Assembly (NCBI GenBank): GCA_943704425.1
Contig: CALSCP010000408.1
Coordinates: 82,211 to 146,210, forward strand
DNA: 64,000 nucleotides
Source of the DNA: Ministeria vibrans ATCC 50519
Taxonomy: Eukaryota; Protista; Filasterea
Direction of reading: 5' to 3'
Notes under the pieces: generated by a model
Told to the model about the DNA's origin: nothing
The model's database searches: none
The model's input: the letters and a program-made list of their open reading frames with translations, nothing else
Shown: in pieces, positions 13,010-24,500 of the stretch
How positions within the stretch are numbered: position 1 is the stretch's first letter
Layout: every line of letters starts with the position of its first letter
Translations under genes and position numbers: made by a program

Positions 13010-13391
13010 CTACTCGGGCCGCCTGTTCGGCGTGGGGGTGCCAGTGCCCCAGCCCAGCCAGGTGCCGGCGAGGGTCGCGCCCACGAGCATGAGACGGACC
13101 GTCGCACTGGGCGACTGCTTGGGCAGCGACGCAACCAGACCGGCTGCCGCACCGCCAAACACGCCGCTCTGCCACGACGAGTGCCCATGCGTCCACTCGT
13201 TCGCCGCCAGAGCCTCGACGGTGCCAAAGGCAAGGCCCGTCGCCGCCCCCGCCAGGCCGTACCGCCCCATCAAGTAGAAGCCCTCGTAGATGGAGCCCTG
13301 GATCGAGTTCATGCCGATCGACGAGGGCCGCGCTGCCATGCCCGCCTTCACACCCCCCACCACAATGCCCATGAACCCAAGCTCCTTGGCC
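13010..13391 (-). CDS. Tim17/Tim22/Tim23-family mitochondrial inner-membrane protein (3' exon; start exon unresolved)
   Basis: Gly-zipper TMs GIVVGGVKAG, GLAGAATGLAFGTVE, SGVFGGAAAGL, LVGATLAG; AG acceptor at ~13392. Confidence 0.55.
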
Positions 13392-13906
13392 TACCAGCAG
13401 CGGCGACAGAACAGATCAGAGAAATCAAACGGTGCGCTCAATTCAGACGCGAGCGGGGCACGGCGAGGCACACAGTAGAGGAGCGCCCTCACTGTGCAGC
13501 AACAGAGGCAAACGGGAGGCGCACTTGGTGCGTCGTATGCGTTGTGCAGAGGACGAGACGATTTTGCCTTTTTTTGACGTTTTCTGGTGGGTTGTGCAAT
13601 GCGTTGCGAGACGGACGTTCACAGAAGGACAGCAGGAGGTGTCTTAAGTTGTTGATTGTGGAACAGAAACAAGAAAACACGAGCGCGCAAAGGACGAGAC
13701 GAGAAAAAAAAAAAGAAAATCAACATTTTAACGCTCTCTCTGGCACATCACATGCCACGACAGCGCCGGGGGGGGGGGGGGGGGGTTGAATGAGGTAGTC
13801 AGTAAGGTGTGCGAAGGAAAGATGACGGTAACTATTCGGTCTTGAACCAGTATGATCACTCAAGAAGACTGAAGATTCACAAATTCTCAGCGCTTGATTT
13901 GTGAAC

Positions 13907-14629
13907 ATGACAGACGTGAAGGACAAGCGTATTGCGATCGTGGGATTGCTCAAGATGGAGCAGGGCGCATGCGCGAAGCTGGTCGAGGCGGCTGGCGGCG
14001 TTGCTCAGGCGTCGTGCACGGAAACGACCGATATATGCGTCGCTGGCACGCTTGACGACAAGGAAGCCAAAGTGGTGGAGGCGGCGCGTGCCAGAGGGAC
14101 ACCGATTTGGACAGAGGACGAATTTGTTGCCGCGACAAGCAGCGACAACAAAGACACTCTCTATCTGCAATACGACGCAGCCGAAGCAGTCCCCTTTGTG
14201 GAAGATGCGCTGGTGAACGCTGAAAGAACCTTTGGCGTCAAGCTCCCGGCCAGCTATGTGCGTGAGATGCGTGCGCACAACGGCGGCGACCCGACAACAT
14301 GTCATTTTAGTGGGGATTTTCTGCCGCTCACATCGGTTTGGGGTGTACCCGAGATTGTCGAACAGAACGACCCGCAGGGCAACTGGGTGGGCGAGTGGGA
14401 GTATCCGACGAGCAGCAGTGAGTACAAGCGAATTGTGTACTTTGCTGAGGATGAGTCGGCCGGTCACATTCTGCTGGGAATGGCTTGGAAGGAGCTTGAC
14501 GACACCTGTGAGCCGCAGATTGTATCTGTTGATAGCGAGGCAGCCGGGGATGAGTGTGCTGCTCGTGTCATTGCCGAGTCGTTTGAGGCCTTCTTGAAAA
14601 TGTTGCGAAAAGATTCGTATGATGAGTAA
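13907..14629 (+). CDS. Intronless BRCT + SMI1/KNR4 (SUKH) fusion protein
   Basis: N-terminal ligase-type BRCT (IAIVG..LVEAAGG..S..TDICVAG..AARARGTPIWTEDEF); C-terminal SUKH core (AERTFGVKLPASYV..NGG, EWEYP, EPQIVSVDSE, IAESFEAFLKML). Confidence 0.85.
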   Translation: MTDVKDKRIAIVGLLKMEQGACAKLVEAAGGVAQASCTETTDICVAGTLDDKEAKVVEAARARGTPIWTEDEFVAATSSDNKDTLYLQYDAAEAVPFVEDALVNAERTFGVKLPASYVREMRAHNGGDPTTCHFSGDFLPLTSVWGVPEIVEQNDPQGNWVGEWEYPTSSSEYKRIVYFAEDESAGHILLGMAWKELDDTCEPQIVSVDSEAAGDECAARVIAESFEAFLKMLRKDSYDE

Positions 14630-15129
14630 CAAGCAAGGGAGTAACAAGTAGCATTTTTGTTATTATTATTGGCTATCGACTCGAATTGTGTTGTATTTCG
14701 CCATAACAGTCCTGAAGAACAAACGTATTGCAAATTATTTACAATCGCTCCAGATAGAGGTGAACTTCGATAACGAGAAAGCTAGGAGAGCATCACTTGT
14801 TTAATTTGAGACCAGCACAGCTTGGTTATCTGTCTTATTGATTGATCATGCTTCGTCGCACGCCCCGTGGTAACCTGGCGCCTGGCGGTCTCACTTGTGT
14901 TTTTTCAGACTGTCACTTGACTCACTTCCGTTGTGGTGACGGCATCGCAAATATGAACGAAAAAATTAGAAACAGAGCAAAAGCAAACAAAAAAAAATAA
15001 TTATTATAATAATTATTATTGAATAAAATTTATTATAATAATAATAATAAAACTATTAATAATAATACGAGGCATTTACCTCCTCGTGTGCTCGACCTAA
15101 GTATACGCTGATGCAAAAAAAAAACACAA

Positions 15130-15202
15130 TGAGGGCTAGGCGACTCGAACACCTGACCGTTCGCTCTGGAGGCGAACGCTCTACCAACTGAGCTAAGCCC
15201 CC
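15130..15202 (-). tRNA. tRNA-Trp (anticodon CCA), intronless
   Basis: GGGGGCT/AGCCCTC acceptor stem, D arm GCTC-AGTTGGTA-GAGC, anticodon arm TTCGC-CTCCAGA-GCGAA, T loop TTCGAGT, followed by a poly-T Pol III terminator. Confidence 0.95.
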
Positions 15203-15561
15203 GGTTCATTCAAAAATTCTTCCAATTGTGCTATTTAATGGTATTTTCAAATTTTAAACTCAAACAGCTGCTTATTCACTCTCACTTTGATGTTAAAGTA
15301 AATAAAAGAAGAGAAAGCTGTTTGTTATAAAGAGGACGGGGGTTTTCGCCGTCATAGGTTTTTTTTACTCATTTTAAGAATACAGTCTCATTATCAACTA
15401 CGACAAATTGTCAGCGTCTGGCTATCTAGCCTTGGTCAGTGTACATGGCTGCTGCGCTAGGCTGCTTGTGGGCTGCTTGTCCTCACCAAGGTTGTAATTT
15501 CTAAATTTTCTATGAATAATCAATAATCAATTCTCACTTTTTTTCTTTTAATCTTTTTCGC

Positions 15562-16110
15562 ATGTCCCAAAAACAAGAACCACAGCCACAGCCATGTCGA
15601 TCGGAAGACCTTGGCGGACTTGAACAAAAGAAACGCACGGCGGCCCCTCTACCAGCGCAAAGTGACGCCGACATCGACGAGATTCGCCGGCGACGACTTT
15701 GCGAACAAATTGTGTCGACACGAGAGCACCACGCCCTTCTCCAAGCCCAGCTGGCGCTCGTGGAGCAGCACAACGTAGCTTACGAAGAGACCCAACCGTG
15801 GCTTTGTCGAGACACCCGCGCAGCCAGAGTTGGCGACGTACGATACACAATATAGTTTCGTGTTTATCCTTTATCTCTTCAACTCATTTCCGCTTCTTCT
15901 TCTTCTTCTTCGACTCTTTTCCTATGTGTGTTTTAGTCGGCCAACCGTGCTCGTGCTGTGCAATTGGTGCGCTCCATTGACGCCGGAGACATTTCCTATG
16001 AAGGTAAAGCTCTTTCTTTCGTTATGGTGTACTCTGACGCGATGTGTCTTTGTTCTTCTTCTCAGAGGCTGTGTCGATGCTTGAACGAGAAAGAGATGCA
16101 AACTTGACGT
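15562..16110 (+). CDS. Hypothetical multi-exon protein
   Basis: ATG 15562 ORF plus plausible in-phase GT-AG exons (SANRARAVQLVRSIDAGDISYE / EAVSMLERERDA); 3' end unresolved; no family recognised. Confidence 0.35.
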
Positions 16111-16528
16111 AGGAGCAAGATGGCTTGATCCTGAATTGTAGATGCGAGAGAAGCCAGGCGAGCACTTACTTTGCGCCCTCCGGTTCTCCAGCCGTTTTCT
16201 GACGACAGTGCAGGGCATCGGCTGGTTGTGATGTATCACGGTGTAGCCCTTGACCATGAGGCGAAATTCGATGCAAACGTTCGGGAAGAGCATTGAATTT
16301 CGCAAAAGTGCAAGGCTCTGCAGCAGACGAGCGAGTGTATATTAATAATTTATATAAAATTAAAGCACTGTAGCTGTGCTGTATATATCAACGCCAAAAA
16401 GTACAGTTCAACGCCGCGAGAGCAACACACAATTTCCGTTTCATATCTCGTCAACCGAAAGAAAATTCTCAGTCTCATTCATGTACACAAACAATACAAA
16501 CACACAGGCACAGAGAGAGACGCTCACA

Positions 16529-17636
16529 CTACTTTGTCTTGCAGGTAAAACTGGTCGTCAGGGCCCAGCGTACACCTCGCGTGACCCTCCGCACGCGATG
16601 GGGATTCTCATGGCCACTCGTGAAAAAGGACAGACGCCCCGCTTGCGGCGCCACCACCAGCGACGCCCCTTGGCCTTCATCAGACTCATCAAAAGCAAAC
16701 TCTCCTCCGTCAAAGTCCCTCCCTTGTGCGTTCAGGTACAAGAGTGCAGTGTACGTGAACGACGGGTACGTTACCGCGTCGATATGGTCGTGCCTTCGAG
16801 TACAAAAGCATTGTCAAACAAAACAAAAAGAAAGAAAAGACCGACCAATCGTACCAGTACTCATCATTCATTGTCTTGGCCGGCTCGCTTGTCATGCGCG
16901 AGAAGAAGGCGGGCGTCGTGAACGAAAGATCCGTTGTCAGCGCAAATGCCTCAACAACCTTCTGCCGGATTCGCTCTCGCACCGCCCGGTACACAGTCAG
17001 CTCGGATTCCGGTAGTGCCTCCGAAATGTTTTTCACCACACGATAGAGATTGACAAAGCGATCGCGATAGCTGAGCGCACCCGATTCAAGATCAAAAATC
17101 GACACACCGCCACTGCCACCGCCGTAAGCAAGCGCACGCTCCGCCAGGCGCACCAAACTCGCCGCCTCCGACGCACTCGTAAAGTTGTCCATCACATGGC
17201 GGCTGCACGCCACAGGCATGCATCCTACACGACGAGAGCGCGTTGACAGCAGACGAAGCATATCCTCCTCCTCCCTCCCTCCCTCCCTCCCTCCCTCCCC
17301 ATCTTTTCTTTTCGGGTGTATCTTTACCTGGAACAGCTGGCGTGTACGCACGGGGGTCGCATTCGACGGGGAATGCGCGATTGGTCGGTGTTTGAGCGGC
17401 CAACACAACTGCGCTCACTGCGGCACTCTCGCTCGCTGCGTCCAGGTCAACATTCGACGTCTGCACGTAGGCCACAACGACAGCAGCAACAACCAAGAGA
17501 AATGAAACATACAGAAGTGTTTGCGAGGAGGTAGATGCGCTGTGGGAGTGCGCGGTCGACGTTTTGCCCTTCCTGACAAAGAAAGTGTCAAGAGTAAACC
17601 AGCCATGTTTAAAAAGACGTGCCTCTTTGCGCCCAT
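16529..17636 (-). CDS. OGFOD3: 2-oxoglutarate/Fe(II) oxygenase, OGFOD3-like type II membrane protein
   Basis: GGGSGGVSIFDLESGALS, FFSRM, DEYWHDHID (HxD), TALLYL, FDGGEF, FFTSGHENPHRV, RWALT; N-terminal TM LLYVSFLLVVAAVVVAY. Confidence 0.85.
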
Positions 17637-18504
17637 GAGTGATCAGTAATGAGTGGTGAGTGATGAGTAGACGAGAGGAAAGAGGGAAGAACAGAAATAT
17701 TTTTTTGAAGAATGAAAAAAAAATCAAATCATCTGCGAACGTCTCTACAGAGTGGAAGGTGATCATCCACATTCCACAATGACTAGTCACTCTCAAACAA
17801 CAAGATAAGACCTAGGCTGTACGTAGACCGTTTGAACTGACTCTATTCGCCGTTTTCGACCATATTAACGAGTCGATTTTTTCGTTGCAATTCCTTGCAA
17901 CTCGTCCAATCTACATTCGTTTTAGTTTTCTGACTTCTCCCAAATTATTCACTCTATTTTCTCCTTTTTCACCAGTGAACCTGTGAGAGACTGAGAGTAC
18001 TGAGTAGTAACGGATTGCGTTAAGACCCGACAGACATTGAAGCTCTAGACGCACTGAGCACGTAAGGCTTAATTTTGCCATCACGACTTTTTTTTCCCCG
18101 TAACTTTTTTGATGGGAGAGACCTCCACACCCCTTCGCCTCTACGTTTCTACCAATACATGGTGCATTGGTGTTATAATGTTATTGGGGGTTTCTCAGAT
18201 TGTTTGTGGCTCTCTGTCAGCCTCATGTAACCGAATTTAGGTTATTGGGATGTTTTTGCCGTCCTTGCATATTTTTGCATTAATTTTTTCTCGTTTTTTA
18301 TATATTGAGTTTATTGACTGGCTAGTGTTGGGGAAAGGCCCCTTAAATCTTAATCCTTATTCCTTAATCCTCTTCATTCGCTCATGTAGTATCTACATCA
18401 ACCATTTTGTATTGCACATGCTTGCCCCACTAATTTTTATTATCTCTTCGAATAATTCTTTTATTGTTCTTTTTACAGATTTTCCTGATTGTCTTTGCCT
18501 CCAA

Positions 18505-21500
18505 ATGGTTGCCATTAATATTGCTTCTGTTGTTGTTGCGCTGCTGTGTGGCTCCATCATTCACGTGGGCGCCACGCACTATGCGGAAAAATCCACCACC
18601 TCTTCGTCGTCTCGGATGGACTCGGACTTGCCTTTCAACATTTCAAATGCTCGCTGTGTCTACTACACTCCCGGTGTCATTGGCCTCAACGGCGACAATG
18701 GATACGCCAACTTCTTCGCGTCTGCCTACTCCGATATTCACCGACGCGATTTGCGCGCCATTGCCTCGTTTGCAAACTGCATTCGCATCAGCGGCCTGCC
18801 TAACAAGCCTCCAAAGCCCTTTTTCCGCATCGTCGATACATTCAAGCTTGACGTCATTGCCACATTCAGCTCCTCAAGGTTCGAAGAAGAAAAAAAATCT
18901 CCGCAAAAAACAAAAAAAAATACCCCCATGGACATCTGTGGGTCAATAGGTTTGAGTATGGCTTCTTTCAGGACATTCCCGTCATCCCGTGTAGAAGTTT
19001 AATGTTTTATGGGCAAAGCGTTGTGCTGCCCTCTGCTTCGTATTTCGACTTTCGTCTTGTTTATGCTTTGAGCTTTCTACACACTTATTCATTTTTATTT
19101 TTGTAGATACGATTTGCTGTACTCAGAATCGCGCGGGTCTCGCTCCGTCCTTGTCCACGACTTCCATGAGTTTATCGGCCAATACCGCCTGCTGCCCGCC
19201 ATCAAGTGGTGGGCGCTGGTTGACATCGAAACGGCGCTGCCCACGTTCTCGCCGTATGCCGCCGCCCAGATGTTCCTCACCCTCTCCGCCTTGACCACAG
19301 CCGCGCGTGTGTATGATTCACGGCCCATCATCATGCCGGTGTTCCTCGCAGGCATCCAGAATTTGGATTACGTGGGCGACTTTGACACGCTCGACTTTGA
19401 CATTTGGCTTTTCAACATCGACAACTTGTCTCCCACAGGCTATATCGAGCGAGCGACAGGTGCGCTCGCGCACGCTCACCACCAACGCCCCGTTATCGTT
19501 CAATTCACCTCGTCGCCGTGGGACTTTGACACCAACATGGCGAATGACAGGAAGCAAACGACAACCATCCACGAGCTCCTTGCCGCAACCAAGTACATCA
19601 ATGCCCAGACCCCCACGTCGCAGGCCATCGTGGGCATCATTTTGCAGGAGTGGGCTGACCAGTGGTGGCGCAACGAGCCAACTTCGAGTATCAAGACGTG
19701 TCAGACGGCGCATCCTTACGTCCAAGCCCCCTGCGGCACTGCACAATTCCTCGCTTCCCTTGGCAACATCTCCCTCGCGTCTGACCTTACGACAAACAAC
19801 TACAATGGTCTGGCTGCCCAGTACAACCTCTATGGCTCCCATTGCCTCCGTGTGCGCCTTGCCGGTGCCAATATCAGTGCCATTTGGGCGCAGGAGACAG
19901 GTCGAGGTCCGCCCCTCAGCGAGAATCAAACTTTATGCTCGACACAAGTGTTCGCTCTCGTCGACTACGCAAACCCTCACATCGTCTGGGTTTGTCTCTT
20001 TCCCTTGCCTCTTCTGCTTTTCGTCTCTCTCTTCTTCTATTGTCGCAACGCCACTAAAAAAAGCAAACACGACCCCACCGCCATCGGATGCGATCCGCAC
20101 GACGACCGAGACGATCGTGACTTGGTGGTTCTGGGTGACTTTGACCTTGACACGGGCAATTTGGAAGCACTCTCGGGTACCCTGCAGGACTTGCGTGACA
20201 AGTATACATCACTCAAAGCGTGCCAGGACACACTTGTCGTGACCCTCTGGAGTAAGGATGGCTCCGACGCAGACCTAACCTCTCCGGCTTCAGTTCCACG
20301 CAACAGCGAACTCATGGACGCCCTGAGTCTCCTCGAGACTCGTTGTACGCGTACTGGCACCCCTACTTTGATTCCTTGCTCCACCGTCGACGACGACGAC
20401 GACGACGACGACATGCCATCTCCTCCTCCAACCACCTCAACTAACGCACCCAATGCGAAATTGCTACGACGTCAGGAAAATGCCCAGAATGCGCTCAGCC
20501 GAGCACGAGAGAACAACTACGAGCTCCTTCGTGGCTGGGCCAGTGATCTCGCTTCGTGTCGTGACGATATTGCGCTTGCTGCGAGGCTTCTCGACACGGC
20601 GGAGCACCAGCTCAACAATGTGTTTACCCACGAAGCTCACGGCGCCGGTATCTCGTCCGTGACTTTCAATGACATCATTGATGCGCTGCGTTCTGCCCGC
20701 GCATTGCTCAAGGAACTGCGGGGCCTTCCAGTTACCTTTGCCGAGACCATCAATCAACACAACCGCGCGCTCGTTCTTGCCAGTGTTCCCTTCGACGCGT
20801 CTCACCTCGCCGACTCTATCGGGCTTGTTCTCGACGCCAACGGCTGGTCTGTCAAGTGCAGCGTATGGAGACCTCGCGCCCTTGACGGCTCCATCAAGCT
20901 TCATCTTGGTGCGCACGACACCGAGAGCTACCTGTGGATTGGGAGTCACGTTGAGAACCAGCTGCGCCTTTGGCGCGATCGCATTCACTCTTTTTGCCTT
21001 CAACGCACAACTTGTGTCGCGCCTGCGGGCGCCGGTCAGGTCCGGCGCCTTCTCACTCCCTACGACCTCTGGCGCTTGCTTGTGATGCGCCCAAAGAAGC
21101 TGTACGGCCTTGACTTGGACTCTCTGTTGCGTGACAAGCTTCGCGCCAACACCCGCGACCCAAACGCCACTCCTGGCACATTATCCGTCGACAGTCCCGT
21201 TGCCTCTGCTCTTATTCTTCTCTTTGGCATTGTGGGCAGCGTTAGCGAGCAGATTATTTACTGTCCCGCCGCCCTCTGGTACAAGTATCAACAAATTCTG
21301 AATTCAGGCGATACGGTCATATTGGCTGATCGCATTGAGCTTGATCTCAAGCCATTAGTCGAGCCGTCGCTTTCAACTCCCGAGGCCCTTCGATCAGCCT
21401 CTTTGGGCACCGACACAGCAGCGAGTGCAGCTCGGCGCAACGGTTCGGAGGACGCCCCGTTGCTCAGGAGCACGCGCTTCGACGATGACTTCTTCCTGAG

Positions 21501-24500
21501 TCTTGAGCGAATTCACGCGCGCCGTACCTTTGACGACGTTCATTTTGACGACATTGACGACTTCTATGCCCAACTTCTTGGGCCGTCAACCGCAGGGGTT
21601 TTGGAGCAACGACCAACGAAGCACTTTCACGAGTCCCCCTCCATTTTTGTTTTGATCGATCTACTGCGCAACGTCTCGTCGCTTATTCTCATCAAAATGT
21701 GGGTGCTGGTGGCCGCTTTTTTTGCGTCCCTTGCATACCACATTGCCTATCCGGATCCCGTTGTTGTTCTGGCACTTACCTACGACGTTGTTGCTCTGTA
21801 CGGTGCCACCATCGACTTCTGTGCGTGGTTCGCCGTCGAACTTCTCTCTATCTTGCACTTGCTTGCGTCGCGCCGCACCAACCGTCATCTCTGGACAGCG
21901 CTGCGTGGCGCCTGGGTTGCCGCACCACTCGTGGCCTCCACTCTCAACTTTGCCTTTGGTTTGCTTGCCTTTTACCTTGCTCCATCAACTCTTCTTCAGG
22001 CGGCCTATCCCGCCTTGCGCGTCTCCTACTGTCTCATTTTTCAGTGCATTGTACCCCGCACCAAATTGTTTGACTATTTTGCCACGGACCGCGCGAAATT
22101 GACCCCGGTTGTCGGTCATACGCGGCGCCTTGCAATCCTCTGGTTTGCCATTCTTTGCACGTCTTTCCTCCTCGATTTTGGCCTTTTTGTGCCTAGCTTG
22201 CTGGGCGTAACACCCTCTTCGATGTGCAACCTTGCATGCCAGACGAGCACGGGTACACTCGAGTTTGTCTTCCACTCCAACGTGTGCATCGCGTGCACCT
22301 TGGGTGTCCTCTGCGTCTGGCTGTTGGTCGTGCTCTCCTCGTATGTCGCCGTGTTCATTCTCTACTCGCTGTTCATCAGTTGCTACGGCGTCATCGTTGG
22401 CTTCAATCGAAAACTCCCTGGCAGCGGCCTTCATGCCACCAAGGGCTCCTTTTCCATTGGTCCCAAGGGCGAACAGGGCGCTACCTTTGCGCGACACTTT
22501 GCCTTGCCTAGTAGTGATGGTTCCCGCTTTTGGGGTCCCTGTAATGAGATGTGGCGTGCGGCCATTCTTGACTTGCACGAACGTTCGTTGATTTTTGAAA
22601 GCGAAGCGCGCAGTCTGCTTAGCACCACGGGCTCCGTTGAGTTTTCCAACCTTTCAAATCTGTCAAGCGTGGCACAGCGTCGCCTCTGGCGCCTTTGTAG
22701 CGACAGCTACACTGAAGGAGACTCGCGGCGCATGCGTCTCCCGTCGCTCAAGTGCGACGCGCCCCTTGTTTCACAGATTGTGCTGTGCTACTCGGAGACG
22801 ATTCTGGAGGATTGGGCCAGCCTTGTTGACATGACCATGGGAGCGGGCGAGTGGTGTCGTTTGCATTTTCTTGTGCGCGAGGCCCCCGACGAATGGGCCG
22901 TCTTTTGTGAGCATCTGCAGAAGTTGGCAATTGCACGACTGAACCCCAGGTCGGCAGGAGGCGAGGGTGCGCCGTCCACGCCCGCCGACGAGTCGCTCGT
23001 GTTTGACCACACTCCTTGGTATGGCTATTCGGCGACGGCGAGTCCCGCCGAGCGCGACTTCCTTGTGCGCTTGCTCGGCGATGGCTCGCCCACGCACGCC
23101 TCACTCGCCGACTTTGCCACCAATCTTCTGCAGCAGATCCCGTACACCTCGCCGGAAGCTCTCGGTATGTTCCAGGACAAAATCCGCTTGTGGGCAAGCT
23201 TTCGCAGTCAGACCCTGGCACGCACCATCCGAGGCGCAGTGACGTACCAGAAGGCTGCGCGTGCTCGCGAGCATTCACGTCTCTGTGTGGCCAACAGTGC
23301 GTGGCGTCGCGCCGCTGATGCGCTGCTTGATCTGCGCAAGGACAACCCGCATGCAATCTGGTGTGCGCCGGCCTTTGACGAGGTGGTCAAGGACAAGGGC
23401 GAACTGGACGACGAGGGATTGTGTGAGTTTCGCAGTGTTGTCGAGCAGTTTGAGCCACGCGGTCAAATTGTCTTTTCTCACCAAACGTTTGGTAAGCGAG
23501 ACAACGACAGAGTGCGCGCCGACGTCTTGCGCGTATTGCATGAGTATCGACACTATTGGGTTGACTTGGTCTTCGACGTGGCGCTCGACGACGGTGACCG
23601 AAATCCACTTGTGCGTCTCATCAAGGCGCATCACGACAACCGCAACCTGAGTATTGGTGGCAACATTAAGTATGCCTCGTGTGTGGGACGCTTGATGCGC
23701 AACAAAGCTGGCAGCACTGTTGAGTGGAATGGACTTGATGGCAATGCCCTAGATCACTTCCAACTTGTCTCATGCGTGTTTCGCCGCTACCCCCTGCGTC
23801 TGGGCGACAGCAAGTTTCCTTTCCAGACGCAAGGCAAGCCGGCCAACCAGATTCTCGCGCTGCACGGCGTGTGTGGTCCAGCCGTGGTCTGCATGGATGC
23901 GAATCAGGACGGCTTCGTGAGCGAGTGTCTACGTCTGCCCGACGTCGCGTCATGCCTGTTCACAGTGGCGAAGAACAGCAAATTCGAAGACGGAGACGAC
24001 ACGCCAGTCATTGGGTCACGCGAAGATGTCATGACGGAGCGGCAGAGCCTTGTTGGCTGCTTGATGGCTCAAATTGAGGAGACCTTTGGCTCGCTGACCC
24101 AGCGGTCATTGGCCAGCCTTGGCATCCGCCTGCACTACGGACACCCGGACCTTCTCAGCCTTTTGTTTATCCTGAGCGCCGGTGGCCTCGCCAAAGGTTC
24201 GCCCGTGGTTCATCTCAGCGAAGATGTGACCACCGGCTACCGTGTGCTCATGGCGTTACGTGAGTGGTGTGGCCACTCGGATGAACCTGTGTGGCTAAAG
24301 GGGCGCGAGACGGCCTTTCGCGCGGCCACACAGTTTTTTGACAAGATCGCCATGGGCTCGGTGGTTTTGATGCAGACGCGTGAATTGCAACTTCTCTACA
24401 GCCGCATGGGTGTGTTGGGCTCGGCAAGCATGTTTTTCAGCACGACCGGCCACTTTATGTCGCAGTTTCTGATGGATTTTGGTATTTTTCTGTACGTGCT

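Noticed and set aside
13767-13785. Poly-G run (and poly-C at ~26632-26653) as G-quadruplex regulators
   Set aside because: Homopolymers alone give no functional evidence.
15130-15202. tRNA-Trp as a UGA-recoding tRNA
   Set aside because: Normal CCA anticodon and 5-bp stem; TGA acts as a stop in SDHD, dynamin and other genes.
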